64,000 nt of DNA from Dehalococcoidia bacterium (GTDB lineage Bacteria > Chloroflexota > Dehalococcoidia > Lucifugimonadales > UBA3495), in the NCBI GenBank assembly GCA_965219925.1, contig OZ244795.1, positions 1,543,395 through 1,607,394 on the forward strand. Direction: 5' to 3'. The notes beneath the pieces were generated by a model. That model was given only the letters and a program-made list of their open reading frames with translations, did not search any database and had not been told where the DNA came from. The translations under genes were made by a program, and so were the position numbers. Positions 27,675-37,010 of the stretch are shown in pieces; positions within the stretch are counted from its first letter, which is position 1, and the number at the start of each line of letters is the position of its first letter.

Positions 27675-29037
27675 TGTCATGGCCTCACAAACCGCCAACC
27701 CTAAACTGATCCAATTGGCCCGGCAATCCCGGGGTTTGACCCAAACCAAACTTGCCTCAGACATCGGGGTAAGTCAGTCCCTGATTGCCAAGTACGAAGC
27801 CGGAGTGAGGGATGTACCGCCCGACCACCTGGCGAGGCTGGCAGAGGCTCTCGATTACCCGGTGCGCTTTTTCAGACGGCCGATGGGTAGGGCTGGATCC
27901 GGCAGCGAGATTTTCCACCGCAAGCGAGCACGGGTTCCGGCCAGTGTCCTGGGACGCAACTATGCCGACGCCGCGATCAGACGGATGGAGATAGACGCGC
28001 TGCGTGAGGCGCTGGACGGCGTGTTCAAATTGACACCGTTCCCCTTCTATCCGATTGAAGAGTTCGATTACGACCCGGAGAAAATCGCCCGCACGGTACG
28101 GGCAGTGTGTCAACTTCCCGAAGGCCCGGTTTTCAACGTCACCAGGACCGTGGAAGAAAACGGTGGCATCGTCGTGGCCCACAAGTTCGACCCCCGTATC
28201 GACGGCTTTGGATGTCGGACGCTGGGGCTGCCACCGGTCTTTCACCTGAACCGCGACCTCCCGCCCGACCGCTGGCGCTGGACGTTGGCCCACGAGATCG
28301 GGCACATGGTGATGCATGTAGAAAGGGGCAATCCCGACAAGGAAGCGGAAGACCAGGCGCACCGGTTCGCCGCCGAGTTTCTGGCGCCGGCCCACCATAT
28401 CGAACCCCAATTGCGGCGCCTGAACATCGGTCAGCTGGCTCCTCTCAAAATGCAGTGGAAGATCTCCATGTCATCCTTGGTCAAGCGGGCGAAAGACCTG
28501 AATACCATAGACGCAAGGCAGTACAAATCCCTGATGGTGCAGTTATCCCAACAGGGGTATCGGACGCGGGAACCGGTCAATCTGGACCCACCGGTGGAGC
28601 ATCCGAGTCTGCTCTTTGATCTGGCGCAGTATTTCGAGCAGAGCCTGGAGTTCTCCCGCGCTGAATTACTGGCTTTGCTCAACATCGGCGAGACTGATTT
28701 GTGGACCTATTACAGGGACCCTGAGGATCTGCTCGGCAACATCGTAGCACCGCCGCAGGCAGAGCCCAAGGACGAGGCCATATCAGAACCTGTCGCGCGT
28801 TTGCGCTTGCACGCAGGAGCCCCGTCTCTGCATCACCAGTTGCGATGCGCGCCCGAAGATGTGCGTCCCAACCAGCAACTGTTGGATGCCCTGCATCTCT
28901 TGCAGCGGGAGGGAGTTGTCCCGGAACGATTGATTGAAGTCAGCGAGGAACGGGTGCGGCAGAAGATCGAAGAGAGCCAATCCCGAAAACGACAGGTCGA
29001 CGATCTGGATCGACTCTATGGCTCCGGCTATCAATAA
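27667..29037 (+). CDS. XRE-family HTH fused to ImmA/IrrE (COG2856) metallopeptidase domain, with C-terminal extension
   Basis: HTH: LIQLARQSRGLTQTKLASDIGVSQSLIAKYEAG. Zinc motif: LAHEIGHMVMH. A C-terminal region of about 130 aa has no assignment. Confidence 0.8.
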   Translation: MGNVMASQTANPKLIQLARQSRGLTQTKLASDIGVSQSLIAKYEAGVRDVPPDHLARLAEALDYPVRFFRRPMGRAGSGSEIFHRKRARVPASVLGRNYADAAIRRMEIDALREALDGVFKLTPFPFYPIEEFDYDPEKIARTVRAVCQLPEGPVFNVTRTVEENGGIVVAHKFDPRIDGFGCRTLGLPPVFHLNRDLPPDRWRWTLAHEIGHMVMHVERGNPDKEAEDQAHRFAAEFLAPAHHIEPQLRRLNIGQLAPLKMQWKISMSSLVKRAKDLNTIDARQYKSLMVQLSQQGYRTREPVNLDPPVEHPSLLFDLAQYFEQSLEFSRAELLALLNIGETDLWTYYRDPEDLLGNIVAPPQAEPKDEAISEPVARLRLHAGAPSLHHQLRCAPEDVRPNQQLLDALHLLQREGVVPERLIEVSEERVRQKIEESQSRKRQVDDLDRLYGSGYQ

Positions 29038-29616
29038 TGAGATCGCATGGAACCACCAAATCTACCTGTGCGCCAGGTTCCACGGTCGTGTCGTTCTGTC
29101 CTATGGGCGACAATGTGCCAAAAAGGTACACAGCGGTCGGTCATCGCAGAAAAGTTGTTGTCGGCGGCGATTAGGGACTTGGGTCGAGAAGGACCAAGCG
29201 GACCGTGCGGGATTCAATCGCGTTCGTAACCAGAAGGAAATATGAGCATTCAAATCAACGCCGCAGCGCGCGAAGAGATCGCAGAATATTTGGTCAGCGA
29301 CCGAGTTACCCACCGAGTTCTGGACCGCAAATTCCAGGACCTAAATATTTCCGAGCCCGCTCCGGCGGTCCAAAGTTGAGATAGCTCTATGGATTCCATA
29401 GAATTTCACCAAAGCCCTCGTGCAATCAAATCGACCGGTCGTCATTCTACCCGGTCGCGATGGAACCCTATTTTTCGAGGTACTTTGGTAAGGACGGTAA
29501 ACACCAAAGCAATTAGTTATCGTAAATCCACCTTCAAGGTCATTGCGGCTCCGCCTCCAAAACCTTTTTGTCTGGCTTTTGCATTGGAAAGCGCATTTAT
29601 TTGACCGCGGCCCTGG

Positions 29617-30640
29617 TTACGGTAGAACGATCTCGGGGATCACTACCTCCAAACGGTCGCATTTCAGCAGATGTTGGTATTGACCCTCCGACCTCTCCTT
29701 GTCCCGGGTGGCTATCGCCAGTTTGATGGCGGATGCTTCGTTCACCCCCTCAGGCACATCGAACGATTGAGCGAGTCGTCCCACGGTAGTGCCGTCGGTT
29801 GCGGTCAATTCCCATGGGTTCTTGTCGGTCTTTACCCGTAGGGGATCGCCGGGCGACAATCTCTTGATCGCTTGGTGAACAGGGTCTTCTGGTCGTTTGC
29901 GACCAGCGAAGCTCAGGTTAACATCGTGGAGGCTGAGGCGGAGATATTTCCGCTTCATTTCTGGCGGCGCTGGTGGGACATTGTCCTGTTCCGGGCGGAC
30001 CTGTACCGACGTGTGGCCGCGGAGGTCTCGGAGAAACGGATTTGAGTTTCCGAACTTTGCCAAGGTGAGGGTCCGCTTCGCGCGGGTCATTGTCACATAG
30101 TACAGGCGACGAGGGGCGTCGGAGTCTTCGCCCCCCGGTTACGTTTTACCAGTTGCCGTCCAAAATGACAACATGCTCGAATTCCAAGCCCTTGGCCCGG
30201 TGGGCGTTGGTCAAAAGCAGCCCATGCTGGCGGGGACGGTTGTCCCTGGCCCATTCTGCCAACCATTCGCGAAATGCGGTGCTCGGCAGCGTTTCGTTAC
30301 TGGTCTCGATCCCACAGTTCTCGACTGCCTCCAGAAGCAGGTCATTCCAAGGCCCTGCCGGTTGTTGCTGCAACCAATCGGACAAATCTTCTGCCCTCAA
30401 GAGGCTGCCGGGCCCTCGGGTCCACTCCAGTAGTTCTTGGGTCTCTCGCGGTTGCCAAGTCGCCGTGAAATCTTCTCTGGACAATTGGACGGGAACTTCC
30501 TCACGCTTGCAAAGAGCGCGCACCGGGTCCAATTGATCCCAGTTCCGGGAGATGACCGCACAATGGCTCCATTTCCATTCAGGGTCGAGAGTAGCAATGC
30601 GCTTCAGCTCTTGCACAACCACCTGTGCTTGCGTGATGGC
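29617..30640 (-). pseudogene. UvrD-like helicase C-terminal stump
   Basis: LLTNAHRAKGLEFEHVVILDGNW-stop, then after a frame change RRLYYVTMTRAKRTLTLA (helicase motifs V/VI). The N-terminal motor motifs are absent. The upper boundary is approximate. Confidence 0.6.
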
Positions 30641-31360
30641 TTCTTTTACCTCGACGGACTGTTCCCTGAACTCCTCTACAGTCGTGCCGCTGCTGGACAG
30701 GTCATTGCTGCTCACGTTAGCCTTCACCAGGCTGCCGTCGGCGTACATCTCCGGCGACAGCAAGCCCAGCCGCAGCAGTTCGTCGTTCAGGCCGTCAAAG
30801 ATCGCTGCGAAACCATCACGACCGATCCGGTCGATGAAGTGGCTGATGCTGGAATGGCCGAACACCGGGTCGTCGATGGTGAGGAAACAAAACCAGCGAT
30901 AAGCGATATTCTCCGAGTTGGTCGAACACAGCCTGCGAAAGGACGCGATGTTGTACAGCGAACAGATGAGCAGCGCCGTGACCATCACCTCAGAAGCCTG
31001 ACGCCCTCAAGGCCATCGATTTATTGAGCCGACTTACGCTGCCAAAATGATAATCTCTGACGTTTTCCCAACCTATCCATACCAGCAGGAGTCCAAATCA
31101 GTCTGCCACGTGCAGCATTAAACTGGGCAAGAGGCTTTGTGAGACAGGCTGCCAGGATGGACGGCCGGTCTCCCGAAATCGGGGCAGTAGCACTCTTCCA
31201 GGGGCGACACCAGCTTGGCGAAGTCCAGTTGCTCATCGATCTGGATCAGAAGGTGGTCGGGATCTATGAAATACCGCAACTGCTTGGTGGAGAATTGGAA
31301 CAGGTTGGAGTCGCGGCGGCTACGGTCCAGAGGTTCAATCATCGGCGCCCTCGGCAACAA
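30641..31360 (-). mobile_element. IS1182/IS5-like transposase N-terminal stump, frameshifted
   Basis: FIDPDHLLIQIDEQLDFAKLVSPLEECYCPDFGRPAVHPG, then LLICSLYNIASFRRLCSTNSENIAYRWFCFLTIDDPVFGHSSISHFIDRIG. Reads in frame into the helicase stump. Confidence 0.55.
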
Positions 31361-31467
31361 CGGACTATCCCGACATTGTAGCCCAACTCGTCGTTGAACC
31401 CGTGATCAAGCCGACTTTTTCAACAGTCCCTTGCCGCCGCCCTTGACAGGGGCTCCCCGGATGGAAG

Positions 31468-32250
31468 CTAAGCGTGGAGCCGTTCGTAAGCTGAAAGCCG
31501 TTTTATGCCATGCTCTTCGTCGTATTCCGGGGCGGAGACCAGCTGGCCGGTCATGGTTTCAGGGGTCTGCAGGGCCATGTATACGGCTACTTCGGCAATG
31601 TCGTCGGGCAGCCTCATGCGCTTGTGCACTTCGTCGCCGTAGTCGTCGTTGGGCTTGGTCAGGTTCCAGCCGGGGTCGAGGATGTTGACGGCGATGCCAA
31701 AGTCCTTCACTTCGTCCGCCAGCGACTCGCTCAGCCGCTCCACCGCCGCCTTGGCAGCTCCGTAGGACGCCTGTCCGGCCCGGCCCCGGCGGGCCACGTT
31801 CCTTGAAGTCAGGTTGACGATGACGCCACTGCGACGTTCTATCATGTGGGACAGGGCCGCCTTGCAGGCCATGAAAGTGGTGGTCAAATTCGACTCCATC
31901 ACCAGCCGCCACTCCTCTTCGGTGATGTCTAAAACCGTAACCGAGTGGGTCAGGTCCTTGGTAAAGAGGCGGTATCCGCCGGCGTTGTTGACCAGGATAT
32001 CTATCTTCCCCAGCTCGTTGATGGTCTCCCGGACTGCTCGGTTGGCACCCTCGCTGGTGGTCAGTTCAGCGCTGACCGTGTGGGAGCGGCGGCCCAGACC
32101 GCGAATTTCCGAACCTACGGCGTCCAGCTCCGAAGGAGTACGAGCTACAATGGCGACATCCGCTCCTTCGCGAGCGTAGGCCAAAGCCATGGAGCGGCCC
32201 AATCCGCGGGCCCCTCCGGTTACCAGGGCGACTTTGCCTTCCATTTGCAT
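31468..32250 (-). CDS. SDR family oxidoreductase
   Basis: KVALVTGGARGLGRSMA cofactor motif, NNAG, and the YGAAK catalytic motif. Confidence 0.85.
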   Translation of the reverse strand: MQMEGKVALVTGGARGLGRSMALAYAREGADVAIVARTPSELDAVGSEIRGLGRRSHTVSAELTTSEGANRAVRETINELGKIDILVNNAGGYRLFTKDLTHSVTVLDITEEEWRLVMESNLTTTFMACKAALSHMIERRSGVIVNLTSRNVARRGRAGQASYGAAKAAVERLSESLADEVKDFGIAVNILDPGWNLTKPNDDYGDEVHKRMRLPDDIAEVAVYMALQTPETMTGQLVSAPEYDEEHGIKRLSAYERLHA

Positions 32251-32497
32251 TTTGCTTCACCTTTCTGAAATGACAAGGACGGCACTCCAGGCTGCGCACC
32301 GCCAGCCAAGGCCGGAATCCTGCGCAGTGGATCACTACCCTGAGCAGTCCTTGCCAGTTGTACTACCTCGTAAAAGAAAGAAAGTTTGTGCTAAGAAGCT
32401 GTCTCAAAAGTCCTTTCTACCTTAGCGGGAGAAGGTTAGGATGAAAGGGATTATATCAGTCACGCGCACTCAATCCTCTCTGATCCAGGGAGAGGAG

Positions 32498-32642
32498 CAG
32501 GGTCATTCGGTTGTCATTGCGAGGAGCGCAGCGACGTGGCAATCTCGTTGAGGTTGAGCACGTGCCGGGGAGCCATCATTGCTACGGCGACGAGATTGCC
32601 ACGCTGCGCTCGCAATGACATGAGGAAAACCGAAAGGCCCTG
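32498..32642. mobile_element. MITE (family A), second copy, TSD GGGAGAGGAG
   Basis: Same 145-bp element as 14365-14509, with a few substitutions. Identical 9-10 nt on both flanks. Confidence 0.85.
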
Positions 32643-32895
32643 GGGAGAGGAGGCCGAGGTAAACGTTTTGAGATAGTTTCTAAGTCCTTAGCAATGACGA
32701 TCCGGTATCCGACCACCCCTGCATCAATTGCTTCGTCGAACTCATCGGGCGGGTAGGATTTGGAGAGATTTTCCACGCGCTAAATGCGGAACTGATCCTC
32801 TTTGGCCTATGTTCATCCCAGGATTCACGCTGATGTCCGCGTGGTCAAGCCCAGGATTAGCTTCCAGCAACCGTCGCCGGCGGGTAGCGCCTTAC

Positions 32896-34194
32896 CTAGC
32901 CGGCAGGTCTGAGGTTGGCGGGCAGGTGGCGTTCCCAGTCGGGAATTTGCCTCACGTGGGGCGAGGGCAGCAACCAGGCCTGGAAAAGGGCCATCAGGCT
33001 GAATCCAAGGGACATTAGCAACGGCGCCAGGTAGGTTCCCGTTACGTCCCACAGGACCCCGGCGCACACGGGCGCCAATCCCATTCCGAGGCCGCTGCCC
33101 AGGCTTTGCCAACCGTAAAGGCTACCTTGGGGGACGTTCCCGTAATACTGACGATTGGCGATTGGGAACGTGGGCACTTCGGTGCTCTGGCCGATACCAA
33201 AAAGGACTGCGAACAGGTAATAGGCCCAGGCGTCATGGGCAAAGAGAATGATCAGCAGCGGGAAGACTTGCAGGGCCATGCCTACTATCCACACCTTTCT
33301 GCACCCCCAGTGCTCCGCCACCACGGGCACGGCGCCCCGGGCGACGACTCCGATGCTCTGTTGGGCCGCCAGCACCCCCGCGGCCGCTCCCAGGGATAGG
33401 CCGCTGTCCACGGCAATGGCCACCACCAGGACGTTGATAATATTGTGCCCCATGCATCCCCAGTAGTGGATGCCGATGAGGTTCCAGAAGGTGACAGTGC
33501 GCCTGGCCTGCTGGATGAATACCTTGGCCCTTAACTTTGTGGCCTCGTCCCTCCCGGGCCTTTGAATCGGTTCATCTCCAAGATCGCCCAGGGGGCGCAA
33601 GCCTATATCGGCGGGTCCGTTGTAGAAGAACCTGACCAACAGGAGCAGTAGCGCTCCGCCTGCTATGCCCGGAAGCCAGAAGATCCACTTGATTCCCAAC
33701 TGGTTGAAGGCCGCGCCAATCAGGAACAGGAACGCAATCACGCCGATTCCCTGGAACGACCATACGACCCCCATGGCGGCTCCCAGGTGTCTCCTGAACC
33801 ACAGGGTGACGCCGGACACTGTTAGCACGGTAAAGATGGTCGTGGACACTCCCAGGACCACGCCGAAGAAGAGGTAGAATTGCCACAGGTTGCTCATGAT
33901 GCCCGTCAGCAACATGCCGGCGATGAATAGCAAGGCTCCGAGCAGCAGGAACCAGCGAACCCCGTATCGGTCCCCAAGCCATCCCACATAGGGACTCGCC
34001 AGCCCAAAGACTATCCACTGGAGGCTGAACGCAAGGCTGATGGCGCCGTAGCTCCAGCCGAATCCTGCGGTTGGGTCGCTGAGATGGGGCACCAAGGCAG
34101 CAGCCGCGAATCGCACCGAAGAGGTGATGAACCCCATCGTCGCGGCGATGGCCACGATGACCCACGCGTAATGGATTCGGTTTCTTAGGTGCAT
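32896..34194 (-). CDS. MFS transporter
   Basis: About 12 hydrophobic segments. GWLGDRYGVRW loop motif between TM2 and TM3. Confidence 0.8.
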   Translation of the reverse strand: MHLRNRIHYAWVIVAIAATMGFITSSVRFAAAALVPHLSDPTAGFGWSYGAISLAFSLQWIVFGLASPYVGWLGDRYGVRWFLLLGALLFIAGMLLTGIMSNLWQFYLFFGVVLGVSTTIFTVLTVSGVTLWFRRHLGAAMGVVWSFQGIGVIAFLFLIGAAFNQLGIKWIFWLPGIAGGALLLLLVRFFYNGPADIGLRPLGDLGDEPIQRPGRDEATKLRAKVFIQQARRTVTFWNLIGIHYWGCMGHNIINVLVVAIAVDSGLSLGAAAGVLAAQQSIGVVARGAVPVVAEHWGCRKVWIVGMALQVFPLLIILFAHDAWAYYLFAVLFGIGQSTEVPTFPIANRQYYGNVPQGSLYGWQSLGSGLGMGLAPVCAGVLWDVTGTYLAPLLMSLGFSLMALFQAWLLPSPHVRQIPDWERHLPANLRPAG

Positions 34195-34369
34195 CGATAC
34201 CGCAGATCAGGGAGTGAGTGGCATTGTAACTGAAACCGTTTTCGGATGCCGAATTGGAGATGTTGCCGGAGATCGGCTGTTGATAAAAATGCAGTGTACA
34301 CACAAAAAGAGCGCGGACAAAGAAAAACTCCCGGTTCTAAGCTGGACTCCTCACTAACTAAGGTCGTCA

Positions 34370-34737
34370 CGCGGCAATTGGCGCGCCGGGAGGTGCGTGC
34401 GTGGCATGTTTCGGAGCATCGGACATGGGCACCAGTTGGTAGCCGAGTTGGGCCGCCCGCCGTTTTGCCGCGCGCAGCGCCCGCTGCTGATACTGGCTCT
34501 CATAGTATTCGGCGCCGGCATCCACGTAGTCCTAGCCGTAGCGTGGAACTGCTGCAAGCACTGGCCCCAGCGGTCCCCGATGAAATGACCGTGATCGTAC
34601 TGTGCGACCGAGGCCTGGCCAGTCCCAAATTGTGGCAACAGATACGCGCTCAGAGCCTGCCCCGGCGAAGACCGGGGGCTGGCATCCGGTTCCGTTTCCT
34701 TTTGCGTGGTAGCCCTTTAAGACCATTATTCCCGTCC
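34370..34737. mobile_element. patchwork of transposase remnants ending in an IS701-like terminus
   Basis: Minus-strand remnant YESQYQQRALRAAKRRAAQLGYQLVP. Plus-strand remnant ELLQALAPAVPDEMTVIVLCDRGLASPKLWQQIRA (IS701-like). A terminal block of about 50 nt at 34688-34737 is repeated, inverted, at 35585-35632. Confidence 0.4.
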
Positions 34738-35041
34738 TAACAGCAGCAACGGGGTCAGGCCGCCTTGCGCCCCTGTTGCTGGTGCGCTCTGCGGGCTTTT
34801 GCGTATTGGTGCGGACGCTTGCCCGTCCGCCGTTTCTTGCTGGCCTGTTCCTGCTTTTGCTCACTTGGCCGCAGAAACGGATGGCGTTTCGCTGTTGACG
34901 ATTTTGGGTTTGCCACTCAGAAACATAAACTTGCTCGCTATCTCGTACAATGCGTACAACCGTAACCCCCAATCCACCCAGAATCCCAGTGTTGGCGGTT
35001 CGGTTCGTTCCTTGATGAAGGGACCACAATAATGCCATCCC

Positions 35042-35431
35042 CTACGCATCCTGAAACGAGATGACACACCCTTTATCTTTGACTCGTTGATTCTGTACGC
35101 AACTTCCTTCGCCCCCCCACGTCCGATCTGGGCCCATGTGCATGGCGGCGAAGGCGTCTGGAGAAATCTTATCTCCGACGGGTGATATTTCTTCCCACAA
35201 ACGTGCCAAATATTCTCTTTCTCGCGCTCTTGCCTTTGTTCCCAACTCCACGGTGATGTCGTAAATATAAACGGCCTCTGCACTTTTGTAGTGGTGGAAG
35301 CACATATCGCACATCAAACCGTTTGGGTCATCGGGAGGAATGACCAGTGGGCCACCGTAACATTCCATACATCCTTGTAAGTCGCCACGGTTCGTTATGG
35401 CTTGGGCTAGGACAGAGATAACCTTGAGCAT
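35042..35431 (-). CDS. hypothetical Cys-rich protein
   Basis: AAGGAG lies 7 nt before the ATG. CMECYGG...CDMCFHH motifs. Low G+C. No family recognised. Confidence 0.4.
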   Translation of the reverse strand: MLKVISVLAQAITNRGDLQGCMECYGGPLVIPPDDPNGLMCDMCFHHYKSAEAVYIYDITVELGTKARAREREYLARLWEEISPVGDKISPDAFAAMHMGPDRTWGGEGSCVQNQRVKDKGCVISFQDA

Positions 35432-35434
35432 TGT

Positions 35435-35585
35435 TCACTCCTTGTTCTTCATCCAACCGTTGGCTCGGTTGCCTTGTTGCAGGCCGACCAGCGTGTAGCG
35501 GTGGCGCTTTTCCTTGTTGCACGGCGGACACAACAGCGTCAGGTTGTCGTAGGCGTCCGTTCCGCCCTGTGAGCGCGGGTTGATG
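35435..35585 (-). pseudogene. HNH endonuclease C-terminal remnant
   Basis: [30 protein letters not shown]. The 5' part is removed by the IS701-like end. Confidence 0.5.
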
Positions 35586-36440
35586 ACGGGATAATGGCCT
35601 CAAAGTGCTACCACGCAAAAGGAAACGGAACCCACTTCGGAGCTAACTTGCAAAATCCACCAAGGAATCCGACCAACGACCAGCGCGACGCTCTGGTATC
35701 CGCCGCGGGAATGGGCTGGTTTGCCCGGCAAGCGCCAAATTGGCAGGTACCCGCCTGCGCCGCAACACATGAAGGATGGATATTCGGGGTATAAGTACGG
35801 TGACGCGGTCGTCTTGAGGTGGTCTGGGATCCTGCCAGTTGGTGCATGGTGCGATCAGTTTCATCCCCTGAGATTCACCCCGCCGTCAGCGTCGCTATCA
35901 CCAGCGCCCTTCCCGCCGCGCTTCACGTCCTGGAGCAGCAATTGGCTCAACAACTCCGCCGTGTCAACCATCGCCTGCCGCTCTCCACTGTCGGCGGGTA
36001 GCCCTGCTCGACCTCTGGTGGTATTTGGTCGAGCTTACCCTGTTCTTATATTTTATCTAGCTTTTGTACAAAGTCGAGCGTGTTGTAGCGACGTTGAAAA
36101 ACTATCCGACGCCATCCACAGGTCGCGTCGTACCAAGGCGATGGCGTCCACGAAAGCGGGTGCTGGCTTGGCGTACCAAGCTGCGGTGCGCTGGGTTATC
36201 GGTCGGTGTTCTTGCAGTGAGTGGGAGGCCAGGGTGATTCAAGAAAACAGCCCCATCAGGACCGGGGTGGTGCGGGCGATGGTGCGGCCGGACCATTGGC
36301 GTTGGGTTTCCACTCCCAGATGAGCCCGCACTTCCTGGTAGGTTACTTCTCCGCCAAGGGCGGGCCTGATTTGACTTCAGGCCGTACCGTTTTCGAGATG
36401 GGGCAGGCCGCCAGGTCGGTTGAGGGCTGTTTGCCGAGTC
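35585..36440 (-). mobile_element. IS701-like 3' stump (transposase C-terminus with in-frame TGA)
   Basis: ETQRQWSGRTIARTTPVLMGLFS-TGA-ITLASHSL...AAWYAKPAPAFVDAIALVRRDLW. Terminal block at 35585-35632. Confidence 0.55.
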
Positions 36441-36453
36441 ATGGCAACGCGTG

Positions 36454-36831
36454 TCAGTCGGTGATGTACGTGTGGGTGATAACCTCCCAGACGTGACCGT
36501 TTTCGCATTCGAAGTAGAACCCGCGCCCCTGGTGCAAGTGGTTGATCTCGCCATCTGTCCGCGAACGTGGACCGCTCCCGTAGGGGATACCCTCGTCCTT
36601 GATGCGCTGCAGGATCGCGTCGAACTCCTCGTCCGAAGCCAGGAAGGCGTAGTGATTGGAGCGCGGGTTGTCCGAATCATCAAAGTCCAGTGTCAGTATG
36701 TCGTTGACCTTGACCGGCGCGAAGTGGCCCCAGGGCCCCTCGTACTTCAGTCCGAAGATGCGGGCGATGAACTCCGCGGCCTTCACCTTGTCGTAGGCGG
36801 GCACGATCGTGTGGTCTAACTGCAAGGGCAT
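36454..36831 (-). CDS. VOC (glyoxalase/bleomycin-resistance fold) family protein
   Basis: 125 aa. LDHTIVPAYDKVKAAEFIARIFGL...HYAFLASDEEFDAILQRIKDEGIPY fits the family pattern. Confidence 0.7.
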   Translation of the reverse strand: MPLQLDHTIVPAYDKVKAAEFIARIFGLKYEGPWGHFAPVKVNDILTLDFDDSDNPRSNHYAFLASDEEFDAILQRIKDEGIPYGSGPRSRTDGEINHLHQGRGFYFECENGHVWEVITHTYITD

Positions 36832-37010
36832 TATGGTCCTCCTCTAATCAGATGGTATGCTAAGCTGACACCGCAATCCGGTTCCGGGCCGGTTCCAAGA
36901 GTTGTGTAAATCGACCTCCATTAGACCACCTGATGGGCATAGCCACCTGGGCTGCGGCGGACAGCGACGGCGATGGCCGCGCCGGCATTACGCCGATCCC
37001 CCGGGCAAGT

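Noticed and set aside
29243-29380. 45-aa ORF MSIQINAAAREEIAEYLVSDRVTHRVLDRKFQDLNISEP in a low-GC patch downstream of the ImmA gene, possibly the N-terminal remnant of a nuclease-type gene.
   Set aside because: It is too short and too degraded to assign. The downstream frames are full of stops, and my recollection of a matching family is vague.
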